A stretch of 63,608 nucleotides of DNA, counting the filler, from Catajapyx aquilonaris (taxonomy: Eukaryota), in the NCBI GenBank assembly GCA_000934665.2. It is 3 parts of 3 records of this genome, joined end to end, with 100 filler letters (N's around TTAATTAATTAA, not from the genome) between each part and the next. Parts side by side here need not be neighbours in the genome. Positions count along the whole stretch, not along the records: positions 21,246 to 42,373 come from JYFJ02006129.1; positions 42,474 to 63,608 come from KZ539482.1; 1 more part is not named here. One strand, given 5' to 3'. Below are positions 38,963 through 52,222 of the stretch, one piece after another. Every line of letters begins with the position of its first letter. Within the stretch, counting starts at the first letter, position 1. A program made the translations under genes and the position numbers. A model generated the notes under the pieces. That model saw only the letters and a program-made list of their open reading frames with translations, did not search any database and was not told the origin of the DNA.

Positions 38963-41682
38963 TTAACTGCAAAAGTTACATGTTGCACTGTTATGTGATG
39001 GTGTCCGGTACTTGTTGTATAGCATAGGCGTTGCCGAGTTACGGATGTTGATTTGCAAATATTCCACAACCCATGCTAAACATGCGGATGCCATCACATA
39101 ACAGTGCAACATAATATTTGCGGTTAATAGTACAGGTAATAGTATGTTGCATTTAGACTTCTGCTGACTAAACATTAACAGCTGACATGTTGAGGGGAAG
39201 GGGGCTGGATGTATAACTTTTTTTCTTCTTCTTCCTGTGTTGCTGTATTGTCGTCCAATTTTAATGTATTGTGAAAATTGTAACTGAACTGACTAGTAGA
39301 GTCAGAAAGTGTTCAGATATCCACTGATCAGTTGACATTGGGAACAGCTGGTATGCAAGTCATTACCTTGATTTCCAATATAGGCCCTGAACAAGGGGGG
39401 TGTTGATGCACATTTCTTGCCTCCAGTGGGTGCATAGTTGATGCACCAAAGAGAAACGAAGCCAGTTTTACTGAAATATGCATTAGATATTTGGAAGTAA
39501 AATAATTGTAATAGGCGGTTCTTCATGCAACTGAAATATAATTTGGCACAGATTTTTTGCAGAACTGGCCACAGTCTAACTGCCACTTGCATAGTATTTA
39601 GAATATTTGTAATAAATAGTGTTTATAAATTGGGTAGGGACATGACTAGACTGAATATTAATTTTGCCAATTTTCTCTTTGACAGGTTGTGCAACCATGT
39701 GCTGCCAAAGCCCCAGTCAGTGCTACCAGTATGCCCACAAGCTTACCAACTGATGCTTGAGTTTGGCTGGACGCACTCTGAGCTTACTGCCGTCAGGTCA
39801 AGAGACTGGATGCTGGAAGGGGGTTCCAGAACTTACATTGCCATATAGAGAGTCAACAATCTTCAACCTTTGGTCAAGCCGTCTTCAAGAGTGCAGCGAA
39901 CCTGCCTTGCTCCATTGCTGTTGCCTTCTATAAGCCTGCCCATATTCAACAACTTTAATCAGCATGCAGCTGAGACTACTCGACTATTCTTGTCTTGTTC
40001 CTCTCCCCCAGTTTCTCCTCAGCGTCAGACCACACCTTACTGATCACAGTAGCTTATAACGGATTTTTTAAAAGGCTACAAGCCCCATACAATGGGAAAG
40101 AAATTTGTATTCAGTTGGTTTTATGATTTTTGGTCCAGCTCATAGTGAAACTTGATTGCTCTGTGACCCCATACCATGTACGCAAATTGCACATTGTAAA
40201 ATATACAACTGTGTCCTTATTCCTATGCATCTACCAGCTGACGATGCAATTCCAGTTTGCTGGTTTGTTAGCGTCAGACTTTGTTTGCAACAAATGCTTG
40301 ACATCAAAGGTGATAAATCTTGAGAGCTACTAATGTTTTTGTAAATCCAGGGGATTTGGTCTTAACTCTCCAAAGGTTACACATGTCTGCCCATATGCAG
40401 CTGTGCTGAACTAGTAGTCCTTGCCTCTTTGAGTAGTCGTGTTTCCAATGTGTCAGAAAAAATTACTCGGTGATATCAGTTGACTTGAGCAAAAAACCGC
40501 AAACGAAACACTGGAGGACTGCAGGGAAGGACTTGGAGAGGCAACGTGCGGATAGAGGCCTTTGGGACAAGGGGAAGGGAAGGGCATCAATCCCCCAACC
40601 ATCAAGAGATCCCTTGCGGGGTACTGGCGGGGACAACGTGAGGGTAGCAGTTGGGAAGAAGACCCAGGGGCCTAATCCATGCCGTCTCCTCATTCAAGAC
40701 TAGCTGCAACACATCGTGTTGCTGCCCGGAAGGCTCAAGTCTTCTCATGTACCATTAAATAACAAGATGTAATCAAAGTTGGCAAGCACATGACACAAGC
40801 TGCATCTGCACTAGGGTCAGATATCACCTTTGGCTACATGTTGAGTGTGAAATGTCTGCATATTCACAGAACTAGTATATCAAGGAAAGGTCAGTGGCAG
40901 TTACCGACATGACCTCTAGTCTTGGTTGACCAAGCAGACATGAAACACAGCTTATGCTGGCTTTCTGATTGCCAATTGTGTTTTGTTTGATAGTTTAGGC
41001 ACGGGTTAAGAACAGCCCACATCTCCTGTGCCAAATGTGGGTTCAAGAGTTGTCCCAACTTTGCATATTCTAATGCCCAGATAGCAACAGTTAAGAGCTA
41101 GGTGGTGGTGACAACAACACACGGAGCCCAAATTTTGAGTCCACCTTTTATTGGTCATGGTGGCATATGTTATGAAAACATTCATGGCCATAACCAAATA
41201 TTTGTGCATAGCTGAACATTGTTGACCTGGGTGTTAAAATTTTGTACTTGGCAACTCAGATGATCATGGAGGGGTATAATTTTGAAGAAGTTCTCTTCAG
41301 GATACAGGATTTTCGACAGCAGCATCATGGGACTGTCATTGATATGAAAGGATCTCAATTTGCACATGTAATTTTCTGTGTCAATCCTGTGTGTCACAAT
41401 AGACCACATAAGTTTTTTTTTCTGATGGGTTATGTCAACCAAAAGAAAAAAGAGTTAATGGTCTTTTACAATTACAAAAGGTACATGTACAGTGCAGTGC
41501 CCATTACAACCAGGGTCGCACTCTCTATGACTAGTTTGTAAGTAACCGATTCCATTTACATGGGCAAATCAGACGAATTGGTTTTTCTTTGGGTATTATT
41601 TTTATTTATTTTTATTTATTTTCCTTACCCCGGTGGGCATGGTTGCCATTGGGGGGAAACAGCTGGCAGGCAGATACATCGA

Positions 41683-42189
41683 TTATATTATATTGATAAG
41701 CATACGGGTTAGTGGAGGAGGTAAGGAGCCTTGGAGATATTGCGTCGTATTTACTTCGTCAAACCATGCCTCTTTATAACTGCCATATCTGGAGGTGTTC
41801 AAAAGTTTCGCCAAATCCGCCTGAAAACTATTCGCTGCAAGTTGTTCAAGGTAGCCCTTGATGTCAATATCGTTTATCTGGGCAAGATCTGTAGCCGAGA
41901 TTGCAAGGTGTTTCAAGAACTGGTCTATCCAGCATATGCATTTGGTTTGGCCCGTAGCCAAGATTTTACTTCTGATGTATGCCTTGTGGAGAAAGGTTTC
42001 CTCATCAGCTCTGTCAAGTTTAACCAGGAATTTAAATAACGATTTAATTATTCGTGGCGTCACGTTCAGGACACTGTTGCACTTGAGAAATTGAAGGCTC
42101 TTCTTCAAGAAATCCATCCATTTATGTAGCACTTGGCAGCACTCATCAGTCGCCATATACTCACCTGGTACTGGCTGAGCCAGCAACAT
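41683..42189 (-). mobile_element. Non-LTR retrotransposon ORF2 C-terminal (post-RT) relic
   Basis: 168-aa ORF with Q.FLK..L.V.TP, KFL.KL, K.AY, W...LK, SRY..YK, YL...L pattern of the region after RT; no RT core seen; lies next to a gap. Confidence 0.4.
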
Positions 42190-42373
42190 TGCAGTTCAAA
42201 TAGGGGTGGTTCGTGTGAAGGATAAGAGAGAGGTAGCTTGAAGTTTAGTACAATTGGTGGCAAGTGAGAGATGTTCTCTGCATATCCACCTGGAAGTTCA
42301 AATCACCGGTTAGTCAGAAACCCTTAAGTAGGGTCACGTCATGGATCTGGGCAACGTAACTTGTGACCTCGGC

Positions 42374-42473
42374 NNNNNNNNNNNNNNNNNNNNNNNNNNN
42401 NNNNNNNNNNNNNNNNNTTAATTAATTAANNNNNNNNNNNNNNNNNNNNNNNNNNNNNNNNNNNNNNNNNNNN
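42374..42473. other. Scaffold gap with artificial linker (N44-TTAATTAATTAA-N44)
   Basis: Same as 21146-21245; a further plain 30-N gap lies at 50445-50474. Confidence 0.97.
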
Positions 42474-42636
42474 GGTGCGGGAATTTATAGCGTGCCTCCG
42501 GTTTGGGGATGGTATAGTTTTATTCTATAGGCGGTCATTTAAGTATAGGCTACAATATAGATATCGTGTGCTGGGTTCCCGAAGCATAGTTACCGAAAAG
42601 ATTGGCTTCAAACGTAAGGCTATATTCTGGCAAATG

Positions 42637-42916
42637 CGCGTTCCTCCAAGGCGACCTTCCCTTTTCCATAAAAATTTTACGTGTTACCGTGCAATTTTAA
42701 TTTGAGACACGATCCCATTAATATGCGTGGTAGCAGGCACAACACTATTAACAACAACTAACCAACAACAAACTAACAACGACCAGAATTCGACAAACCC
42801 TCGGGAGACCATTTACGTACAGTATACATTCAATGAGAGTACAATATATTGCGCTAATAAAAAATAGTGACAGGCAAAATTTATATGGAAAAGGGAAGGT
42901 CGCCTGGAGGAACGCG
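42637..42916. repeat. Inverted repeat (~42-bp arms), MITE-like
   Basis: cgcgttcctcca.ggcgaccttcccttttccata.aaatttt and its reverse complement. Confidence 0.7.
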
Positions 42917-42962
42917 TACGGTATCTGCCATTATTACACTGAGTATATACCTTATGTTTGAA

Positions 42963-43154
42963 GCTGGAGTGTTATTTGTAAGTTACTCTTTTTTAAATCA
43001 GTGCCCTGATAAAATATTGATTGCCTTTACATGCCAAATCATATTTGCTGACAGATAACGAGCAAGATTAATCTTGCTCGTTATCTGTCGGCAAAAATTA
43101 TCAATATTTTATCAGCACACTGATAAAAAAGGAACTTACAAATAACACTCCAGC
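42963..43154. repeat. Palindromic element with no central loop
   Basis: gctggagtgttatttgtaagtt...aacttacaaataacactccagc; central gacagataacgagcaagattaatcttgctcgttatctgtc is a perfect palindrome. Confidence 0.8.
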
Positions 43155-44233
43155 GTATAATCCTATCAGCCATAGGTCTATACATACAGACATGGCAATT
43201 ACAATTTATTATTCCCTTTATGATGCTAGTCTTATACGATTATAAATTTTATAATCGTACTACTCTATTATATTTGCTTTTGTTTTATTTTTTAAAAACC
43301 GACATTTTGTTTTGAAATATGACATATGATATGAGTAATGCCACATGTATAGAACACCATTCAGAATCAGACAGTGCTTTGGCATTTTTCAGCCAAAATT
43401 ATGGTTGAACGTCTCCGGCCCTCCCTGAGCGTTTGAGCAAAAAAAAAAGAAGTTCTAAATAGCGACTTTGTTGGGCATGGAATGTGTAGGAATTAGATGT
43501 CTTGTAAAGAAGGCGCGGATCCACAGTCGGGCNNNGGGGGGGGGGGGCGATTCCAGAGTGCAGAATATGATGGTTTGATCATAGTTGTGAAGTAGTCATC
43601 ACTATATGGTAGGCCACGAAAGTGGGATTTACAATGGAACCTTATGGGCCTTCGAAATTTGAAATGGCAATATCTCAGTTTCACATGAGGTGGATCTTCA
43701 TTTTTCTTCCTCCGAGGTCTTCATTTATTGTCCCTCTCTTTGTTCTTGATCTAAGGTAAGCGAATGCCCATTCTGTGTCATTCGCAATGGGGCTCATTGG
43801 TCCGTAAACATACTGTATGTCAAACAGGGCTAGTGTGGCTTTTATCAGATCGTGCTTTTATTAGACTTTCCTAAAAATCGACGTTGGACTTTTATTTAAA
43901 ACTTTTTGCCTTAATGTTGTATCGGTTCAGCAGAAATATTTGGGAGTGTGGTTTCGTAAGTATTTTTTGATTCAAATTAGAGTTCTACACCTGTGGAATC
44001 ACATGTACTGTACAGTGCCTAATTTTCCAAATACAACAATTATCCAGAAAATAATAATTATTGTCCTGGAAGTGACAGGAGGAATCTAAAGATTGGGATA
44101 GTCGCAAGGAACCTATACCTCCATATTGGCTGAATGACGAATACTCTGTATTTGAGCAGCAGGCAAGCTTGTGCAGTACAAACCATAGTCTTGGTACAAA
44201 CATGCCACCCTGCATAATATTTTCTTTGTGCAG

Positions 44234-47200
44234 GACCAAGGGGACTTCCCATAGTCGGCTACCTTCCATTCGTCAAAGTTAATCCCCATGTTAAGTTGCA
44301 GAAGTTGGCCAAAAAGTATGGAAACATTATGGGAACTCGATTTGGAGGAAGGTGGTAAGTATTAAGTTACCAGCTATATAATACTGTGTAAAATATTTAA
44401 ATAATTTCTGAAAAATACATAAAATACCGTACTGGCAGTGAAAAAACTAGTTAATTATATTCTGAAGCAAGAAAACTGTTTGTTCTCGAAATAGTTTGAA
44501 ATGTTTACTTGATGGTTTCCCCGTGCAGGGTAGTGGTGCTCAATGATCACGAGTCTATAAAAGAGGCCTTCAAAGACGACGCGTTTTCTGGGAGACCCGC
44601 CTCCCCTCTCTTTCTGACTCGTTCTAATGGGGAAAAAGAAGGAATCATTTTCACCGACGGAAGAGAATGGCAAGAGCAGCGTCGCTTCACCATGCGCCAC
44701 CTGAGAGATTTTGGTTTTGGGAAAAAAAGTATGGGGGAGTTCATCGAAGAGGAAGTACAAGACATTATTGAGACATTAAGGTATAGCAAGATTTACAGGA
44801 GGTTTTGTGTAAAACTGTCCGTATAACTCTTTTTATGCCCGGATGTTTTTCAGAAAAGATATTGGCAAGCCCATCGATTTGCGCTTTCAATTTAATATGT
44901 CGGTTGTAAATTCCTTATGGTACATAGTATCTGGAAAAAAGTTTAATTACGATGACCCAGAGATGAAGAAAATCTTCGAAAATATATTCTCGTGAGTATT
45001 CTTCATAGCTAAGATGATTCTGCTGTCTTTGCAGCAAAATAAGCGTAGTTAAATTAGCATAATCTTTGAGCTGTAATCAATGGTTCTTTGCATATTTCTC
45101 AAAACGATTAATAACTTTTCTCCTGGCCTTTCTCTAGGACTTGATGGGAAGTAGGTCTACTGTAGGCTACTGTACTATCATGAATAGCACAATATAAATG
45201 CTGATATTTTTATAACTTTAAGTTTGTGATTTCTTAAACTTTGATTTAATAGAAAATGATATTTAGATCATTATTAAAATCGAAATATTATTTTGTACAG
45301 GGCATTCGGCGAAGACAACATGACTTTGCAGACAGATACGTTTTATCCCTGGCTCGTCAAATTAAGGCCACACATGTACCATGTGGCTGAATTTAAGGAT
45401 GTAGCAGAAAGAATATTAGCTGTATGTAAGGTAAGATCTGTGTGCACTTTATGCAGTTACAATGTAGCCACCTAAGTGATTGTTAATCGCATGGAATCCA
45501 ATCCAGTAATTATGTTGCAGTCTGGCTAAGTTATTTAAATATCACCAGTGTGAAATTTTAACTGACATTGCATTATCCATGACGAGATAATCATTTTTAA
45601 TTTATGCCGAAAAATTGCCTGTTACTCTATATACTGCCCTAGTAGGAGGATGTATCTGAACTCAGTGCCCCGACGTATATGAGTGCCTTCCTAGCCACCA
45701 GAGGATCGATTTACGTATAGGAGTCATAATGTCTGGCCGCCGCATTACTGAGATAATTGGCCGCAAACATGTAGTACAAAATATCCTGTCGGTTAGGCCA
45801 CCCATCGAACCCTCCCCCAGTCAGAAGGCTCTGGAAGGTCTGGGGGCCGGACTATGTTGGTTTGTTGCCCACAGGTGGTAAGGCCTCTTTGGCTAGTTAC
45901 ACCAGAAAATTATATTTCAAAGTCAGAAGGAGCGATTAGGCAAAAATCACTAAAGAGTGTATCTCAGTAGTAATGAGGCTGCCCAGACATAATGACTCCT
46001 CTACATAAGTTGATCCTCTGGTGGCTAGGAAGGCAGTCATATTATACGTCGGGGCACTGAGTTCAGATACACCTTGTATAGACAACTGCTACTAGGAGTG
46101 GGATTACACAACTTCAATATAGGCCACAATGTGACTCGCGGATCATTTTGCATTTCAGGTTTCCAATTAATGATTTGCTTATGTTGTTAATATTTGATGT
46201 TAATGTATTTTATTACATGATTCACATAGCCTACTACAATTATACATACGGTACTACAATTATTATATTGTATTGTTGCAATTTATTCAAGTAAAACTTC
46301 CTTTGTATAATGTCTTACGAATTGTTATGGAACTTAATTGAAGAAATTATACTTAAGACTAATAAGTTAGCCTATCTTTTATCTACATATATCTATAAAT
46401 GAGGTCGCTATACGCAGGGTGTATCGTAACTCTACCATAAGCCATATGCCAATGGCGTAATGGTCAGCAGATGATCATTTACAGTATCGGAATCATAGGC
46501 CTGGGCCGCCGCATGACCGAGATAATTGACCTCAACCAATAGGTATAAAATATCCTGGCAGGTATGCAAACCTTCAGCCGCCAATCGCATCACAGGTGAA
46601 GGTCGCAGCTATTTTCTGGGGGAGTGGGGGGCTACTGCCACACTACTATTGGGGTAGTCACTAAGGGCTCTTAGAATGCAGTTCCCCCCAGATGCACTGC
46701 TATTCTACAATCACGCTTAAGCGCAATCGCTACTTCGCAAATGATCAATTATCTACGTGATGTGGCTTGCCTAGACATGATGACCCCTCTACATAAAATG
46801 ATGCTCTGGTGCCCCTTATGCCATTGGTACAGGGCTTATGGTAGAGTTCCGATACACCCTGTATAAATCGAGAGGACTGCCCTTACATCGCCTTAAGCCG
46901 AGGGTTACTTTTTTCGAGGAATTTGATGCCCTTACTCCCACAATAAGCATATTCCCGATTCCACTCCAAAGAGTTCTGCTATTATATAATATAATACCTA
47001 GAGGAGGTACTCCCTATCCTTTTCCATTAGACAGGCTGAGGCAGCCGCCATCTTGTTGGAGGTCATATTGTTGTTCTAACAGTTGTCTAGCAACTGGTAC
47101 AACAACCAATAATGACAACTGGGCGACAATTAGTTCAATAATGTCAGGCGTCCGCCATCTTGTTGGAGGTCATATTGTTGCCTGCATTGTTGCCTGCCTC

Positions 47201-50200
47201 ACATTTCAGGCCGAGTACCTCCTCTAGGTGTATATATAATATAGCAGAACTCTTTGTTCCACTCACTATTCTCCTCAACAATAAACCACTCAACAATATA
47301 AACACAATATCCATTCAACAATGTTTTTCAAGTTCCCATGGAAATGCCACATAAATGCCACCATTCATATCGATGTCTCACGCCCCCCTTTTCTTACACG
47401 TCCTTCAATTCAACGCATCAGTCAACTACGGTGCCTGAGGCACGATGGCCACCTCACATGAGTTTGTATCGTATAGTCATGCCAGGAAAAAAACTGCACA
47501 TGATTTCGTCAGATTTGTAATTAGATTTGTCAGACACAAATGAAACTCGACATGCAACATTACACACGATAATAATAGGCTACAAAGTTTTCCACCTGGC
47601 ATATGCACATTTCTTCAGGGCTATGCGTGGTGGAGGGGGAGATATATTTTGGGAAAAGAATGAGAAAAAACAGTGACCATTCATCTTTTCCTGCCAAACC
47701 TATCCATGCACATTCATTTTTTACGGCATAAATTACTACTGGAATTATTACTATATGAGTCGACTCCGATAACCGATGCATGACTGGCCACCTCAGACCT
47801 TTCCTCGATCTGACGAACTGTATGACACCTCCCCCCCTCCCCGCCAGTCCCGGTTTTTTCCTCAAGTTTTTATTACCAAAACGTCCCACCACGTAGCTAA
47901 TAGTGCTTATGTAGATTTGAGTTGATTATCCCCCACAAATTGATTTCTTCCCCTAATTTTTTCCTTCCCCCCCCCCCTCTATTTTTGAGCAAATACAAAC
48001 TTCCTAATGTGGATATAAATATACAACCAAAACACACGGGTATGACGTATCGTATAGTCAAGCCAGGAAAAAACTGCACTAGATTTCGTCGGATTTACAA
48101 GTAGATGACTTGCCCGACACAAATGAAACCCGCCAACACGCAACATTCCCCACGTTAAAATAAATACAAAATTTCCCATCCTCTATTTTTGTTTTCATTT
48201 TCCTGGCCTTCCCGTGACCCTTAAAAACATGCTAACGACCCTATTTTGCAAATTTTGTGCAAATTTTAGAAACTTCCTGATATGTAGAATGATAATTATA
48301 TGGATACCCTTTACAACCAAAACACACCCGGGTGTGCCGGATAACCTGTAGTCTTGTCATCAACGGAGTCTAGCCTTTCCACAAAATCCGTAGGGTATAT
48401 TATACTATAGTCAACAGCTTTCCGTTAATGTTCAAATAAAAGGCACTGAAAAGAATTCACCGCGGGACCAAAGGGGCATTGCAATAATAAAAACGTTTAC
48501 ATGGTTTGTTGCAAATAATTTTATTGTAGTACCGTATATAAAAAATTATTTCACACTTACTCATTTTTGAAAACACATTGAATATTACAGAAAGTCAGAG
48601 AGGAGCACAAGAAAAACTTTGTTCCTGGAGATCACAGGGATTTGATTGATGTCTACCTAGAAAAAATACGCTCCGAAACGGACGAAGAATCGAGTTTCAA
48701 AGGGGAAAGAGGAGGTAAGGGTTTCATGTACTGTACGTACAGGGTACAGTACAAGTAGTACCTTAGGTGTAACTTGAAGAGTATTGGTGAAGGTGCGCAC
48801 TTCCTCTGATTTCCGCGACTTCTAATTTATAGTATCTATTGCTGAGACGTGTACAAGTACTGGCCAATAATCGACGCAGCGACTAGCGACATTTTCCCGA
48901 AGCGGCAGAAGAAGGAATCGAAGATAAGCATGCTACAAGCCGGGCGAGCAAGATTCCTTCTTCTGCCGCTTCGGGAAAATGTCGCTAGTCGTTGCCTCGA
49001 TTATTGGCCAGTACTGTACACAATTATGTAGAGGATGACCGTCATTATGTACTGTATGTAGGCAACCATAATGTGCCATTTTCTCTGCAGTGCAGGAGTA
49101 ACTCTTGCATTGCAGAGATGAACTTATACCATCATTCTCAGGAATATGGACATCCACATGCCCTTCACATCTCATTCCTTTGAGGCAATGGGTTTTGAGA
49201 ACGAGACGTTGATTTAAACTTAGGTGAAACAATTTTTTCACGAATATCTCAAAATCAGTTTCATAGGTCATTGAGCACTTTTTTGCAGATGCTCCAAACA
49301 TTTCCCGCTGCCATGCTCCTTGTATAATCTGTCTTGGCATCATTCATGGTCTCGAAAATTGTGCGTAGTATCCAGGAATGGTGGACATCGTGCCAGTGGA
49401 AATGGACATCATGATCTCACTTTTTTGTGGACCAATCTTAAATATGAAAGCGGCATTTTGTCACACACATCCTATATTTCATACACATGTTGAGATCAAA
49501 GAAATATTTCAATTGGAAGTAGCTTTTTCGGGACCAAGAGCAAAATGCAATGCAAAACCTCATAAGGGAACAGGACACCAATTATTACTCCTTAACAATT
49601 GCAATATTACTTTTTAGAGTCATTACCTTCTTACCTTCTTACACATTGAAAAATAAAATTAATTCGATCAAAATTAACCGAGTTACAGCTTTTTTACACT
49701 GTTTTTGGCGCAGGAGTAGAAAGGTCGATGTCCAGCATTCCTGGTGACGAAATACTATGTTATATTGCATACTATACTATACTACTGTAGTATTGCATAC
49801 TATACTATACTACTGTAGTATTGCATACTATACTATACTACTGTAGTATTGCATACTATACTATACTACTGTAGTATTGCATACTATACTATACTACTGT
49901 AGTATTGCATACTATACTATACTACTGTAGTATTGCATACTATACTATACTACTGTAGTTGTCACAACACCAACCAAGCAGACAAGTTATACACTTCGCG
50001 ACAAAAAAAAAGTCAACTGACCCCCTTTCGGTGATTTGTCCTAAAATACTCGTATACCATATTGCAACCTGTTCCTCTAAAATTCTAAATATGATTTCCG
50101 ACCATTTTATAGAAAGTTCCCTCGTCATGGTACTGGCCGATTTACTGGCAGCTGGATCAGAAACAACGAGTTCAACACTCTACTGGCTGATTCTGTTTAT

Positions 50201-51682
50201 GCTTCGCAATCCAAAAATCCAGAAGAAAGTGCAAGATGAAATCGACAGTAACGTAGGAAAGTCGCGCTTGCCCTCAATTGAAGACAAACCCAGGTTAGTC
50301 TGCATTTATAAGTGGCAATAATCTGATTAATGATTATTATCGAGTGCATTATTATATACGTAAGTGACCCCATTGCCAATCAGAAGTAAACTATCTATCT
50401 ATCAGAAGTAAACTAAGTTATGCAGAACGGGTTGTATAAGTTCTNNNNNNNNNNNNNNNNNNNNNNNNNNNNNNGGGGGGGGGCGTCAAAAGTACCATAC
50501 GTTAAAGCACGCTCTTTGGAAATATACACATATGCAAGTGTAGTATACCCTCAATAATAAATTATTGAGTAGTCTGAACCTCTCAAGCACGCAATATAGA
50601 TTTCTGGCTAATACAAACATGACTGTCACACCAGGTCACCAGCCATTGGTTAATATTTTTAAAATTATGTAACTAACTGTGAGTGTCCTTATATTAAATA
50701 GTCACAAGTGTTAGGGAGACGGAGTGGCGCCGCGGTAACGCGCGCGCCCACGGAAGTTAAGGTCCCGGGTTCGATCCCCACCCGGGGTTCCCACCTTCTT
50801 TCGTGCAGAGTTGGGCCATCTCTGGCTTCGTTTCGGGTGGCAATTTCCGATAGACTAAGCCACCCGGGGGAGTTCACAAAATGACCAATTAACGACAGCG
50901 CACATGCACTTTGCACATCCCCTCCTAACGACCCGTGAAACACACTAAATACTTTCAGTATACTAGTTTCACCACAGATGGTGGTAGCCCACCCCCCTAA
51001 ACGATCCTCAGGCTCGAGCACGGGGTATCAATAAAAAAAATTAAAAAAATAGTCACAAGTGTTGCGAATAACTTATTTTTACTTCAGCATGCCCTATACT
51101 GAAGCAGTATTGAACGAAACACTTCGTCACATGGCTCTCGTACCTTTAGGGCTTTTTCATGAAACAACCGAGGACACAGGTATAGTAATCTATGCTATGA
51201 AGATGTTATCGACCTTATTGTATACAATTATTGCATGTTTTTTCAGTTTTGAAAGGCTACAATATTCCAAAGGGAACCGTTGTCATTCCGAATATGTATG
51301 CAGCTCAGTACGACACCAAGCTGTGGGACAATCCCGAAGAGTTTCGTCCAGAGAGGTTCCTGACAATAGATGGAAAGTTCAATACCCGCATGCCACAAAT
51401 TCCGTTTGGATCTGGTAAAAATGATTTTTATTTTTCAAAATAATATTATTCTACTGGAAAATGTCACAGTTCGGAGTTTTTAAATTTATTTATTTTTGCT
51501 TCCTAGGTAAACGGCAGTGCTTGGGAGAAACGTTGGCCCGTACATCACTGTTCACCTTCGCAACTGGTCTCCTGCAGAATTTTACTTTCTCTTCTCCTAA
51601 TGGGGAAATGCCAACACTCAAACCATTACTTACATTCGGAAGATTCGCTAGAACTTATCAAGTAATCATGAGAGAAAGATAG
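44234..51682 (+). CDS. Cytochrome P450, CYP2 clan; N-terminal anchor exon not located
   Basis: Phase-consistent exons 44234-44354, 44529-44780, 44854-44991, 45301-45430, 48591-48714, 50113-50293, 51088-51179, 51247-51414, 51507-51682 (~460 aa). Motifs GPRGLPIVGYL, WQEQRRF...LRDFGFGK, I-helix AGSETT, ETLR, PERF and heme-binding FGSGKRQCLG. Confidence 0.95.
45651..46078. mobile_element. Tc1/mariner-type MITE in CYP intron
   Basis: ~105-bp TIRs tgtatctgaactcagtgccccgacgta...; right end gatacaccttgTA. Confidence 0.75.
46415..46861. mobile_element. Related Tc1/mariner-type MITE in CYP intron
   Basis: CAGGGTGTATCG.AACTCTACCATAAGCC TIRs; internal motifs (ggccgccgcat.ac.gagataattg, aaaatatcctg) shared with the 45651 element. 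Confidence 0.75.
46996..47229. mobile_element. Short-TIR MITE in CYP intron
   Basis: 17-bp TIR ACCTAGAGGAGGTACTC; internal direct repeat ccgccatcttgttggaggtcatattgttg twice; TA-rich flanks. Confidence 0.65.
48849..49021. repeat. Hairpin/MITE with ~70-bp arms in CYP intron
   Basis: gtactggccaataatcga...gaaggaatc and its near-perfect reverse complement. Confidence 0.8.
49763..49958. repeat. Minisatellite, 28 bp x 7 perfect copies
   Basis: Unit TATTGCATACTATACTATACTACTGTAG; no spacers. Confidence 0.95.
50713..51046 (+). mobile_element. tRNA-derived SINE in CYP intron
   Basis: A box TGGCGCCGCGG, B box GGTTCGATCCC, A tail, 17-bp TSD AAATAGTCACAAGTGTT (50696-50712, 51047-51063). Confidence 0.88.
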
Positions 51683-52222
51683 TCATTTGTGTAAGAACAG
51701 CTAAAATAGTACAGTGCAAATGAAGGCAATGGGGTGCGGCAAAAGACAACGGCGGCAGAGAATTTTGCAAGGTTGAACAAAATAACAACAGCATTATGAG
51801 TGCAACACTAACAATAACAACAACAACAATAATATTACAACAAGTCCACATTGTACTGAAATTATTTCGATCCATCGACTGAAAAATACATCTGTACAGA
51901 TGAACTAAGCATGGATATGCCCACATTCAAGCCTCAGAGTAGCAGCATCACAAATTAAATGTTAAATTTGCCTTTTAATTATTATGATACACATTATCTG
52001 TGTCAAAGAAATTAGCGTTTTAATACTGTATGAAAATAAACGGCATTTAGAAATACACAAAATATGAATCACATTTTTTCTGCTATTTTACACTGCCAAT
52101 AAGACAAAGTGTAAAACCACGGACACTATTTGACAGGCCCTGCATCACTATAGTGTATATTATAGTCAGCGTGCATCTCTCATGGAGATGACATTCTGCA
52201 CTTCTCCAGGATCAAGACTCCA

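Noticed and set aside
38165..38972. 193-aa and mirrored ORFs on both strands
   Set aside because: By-products of GC-rich TIRs; no transposase motifs.
49763..49958. 28-bp repeats of CRISPR-like length
   Set aside because: No spacers, eukaryotic intron, no cas genes: a minisatellite.
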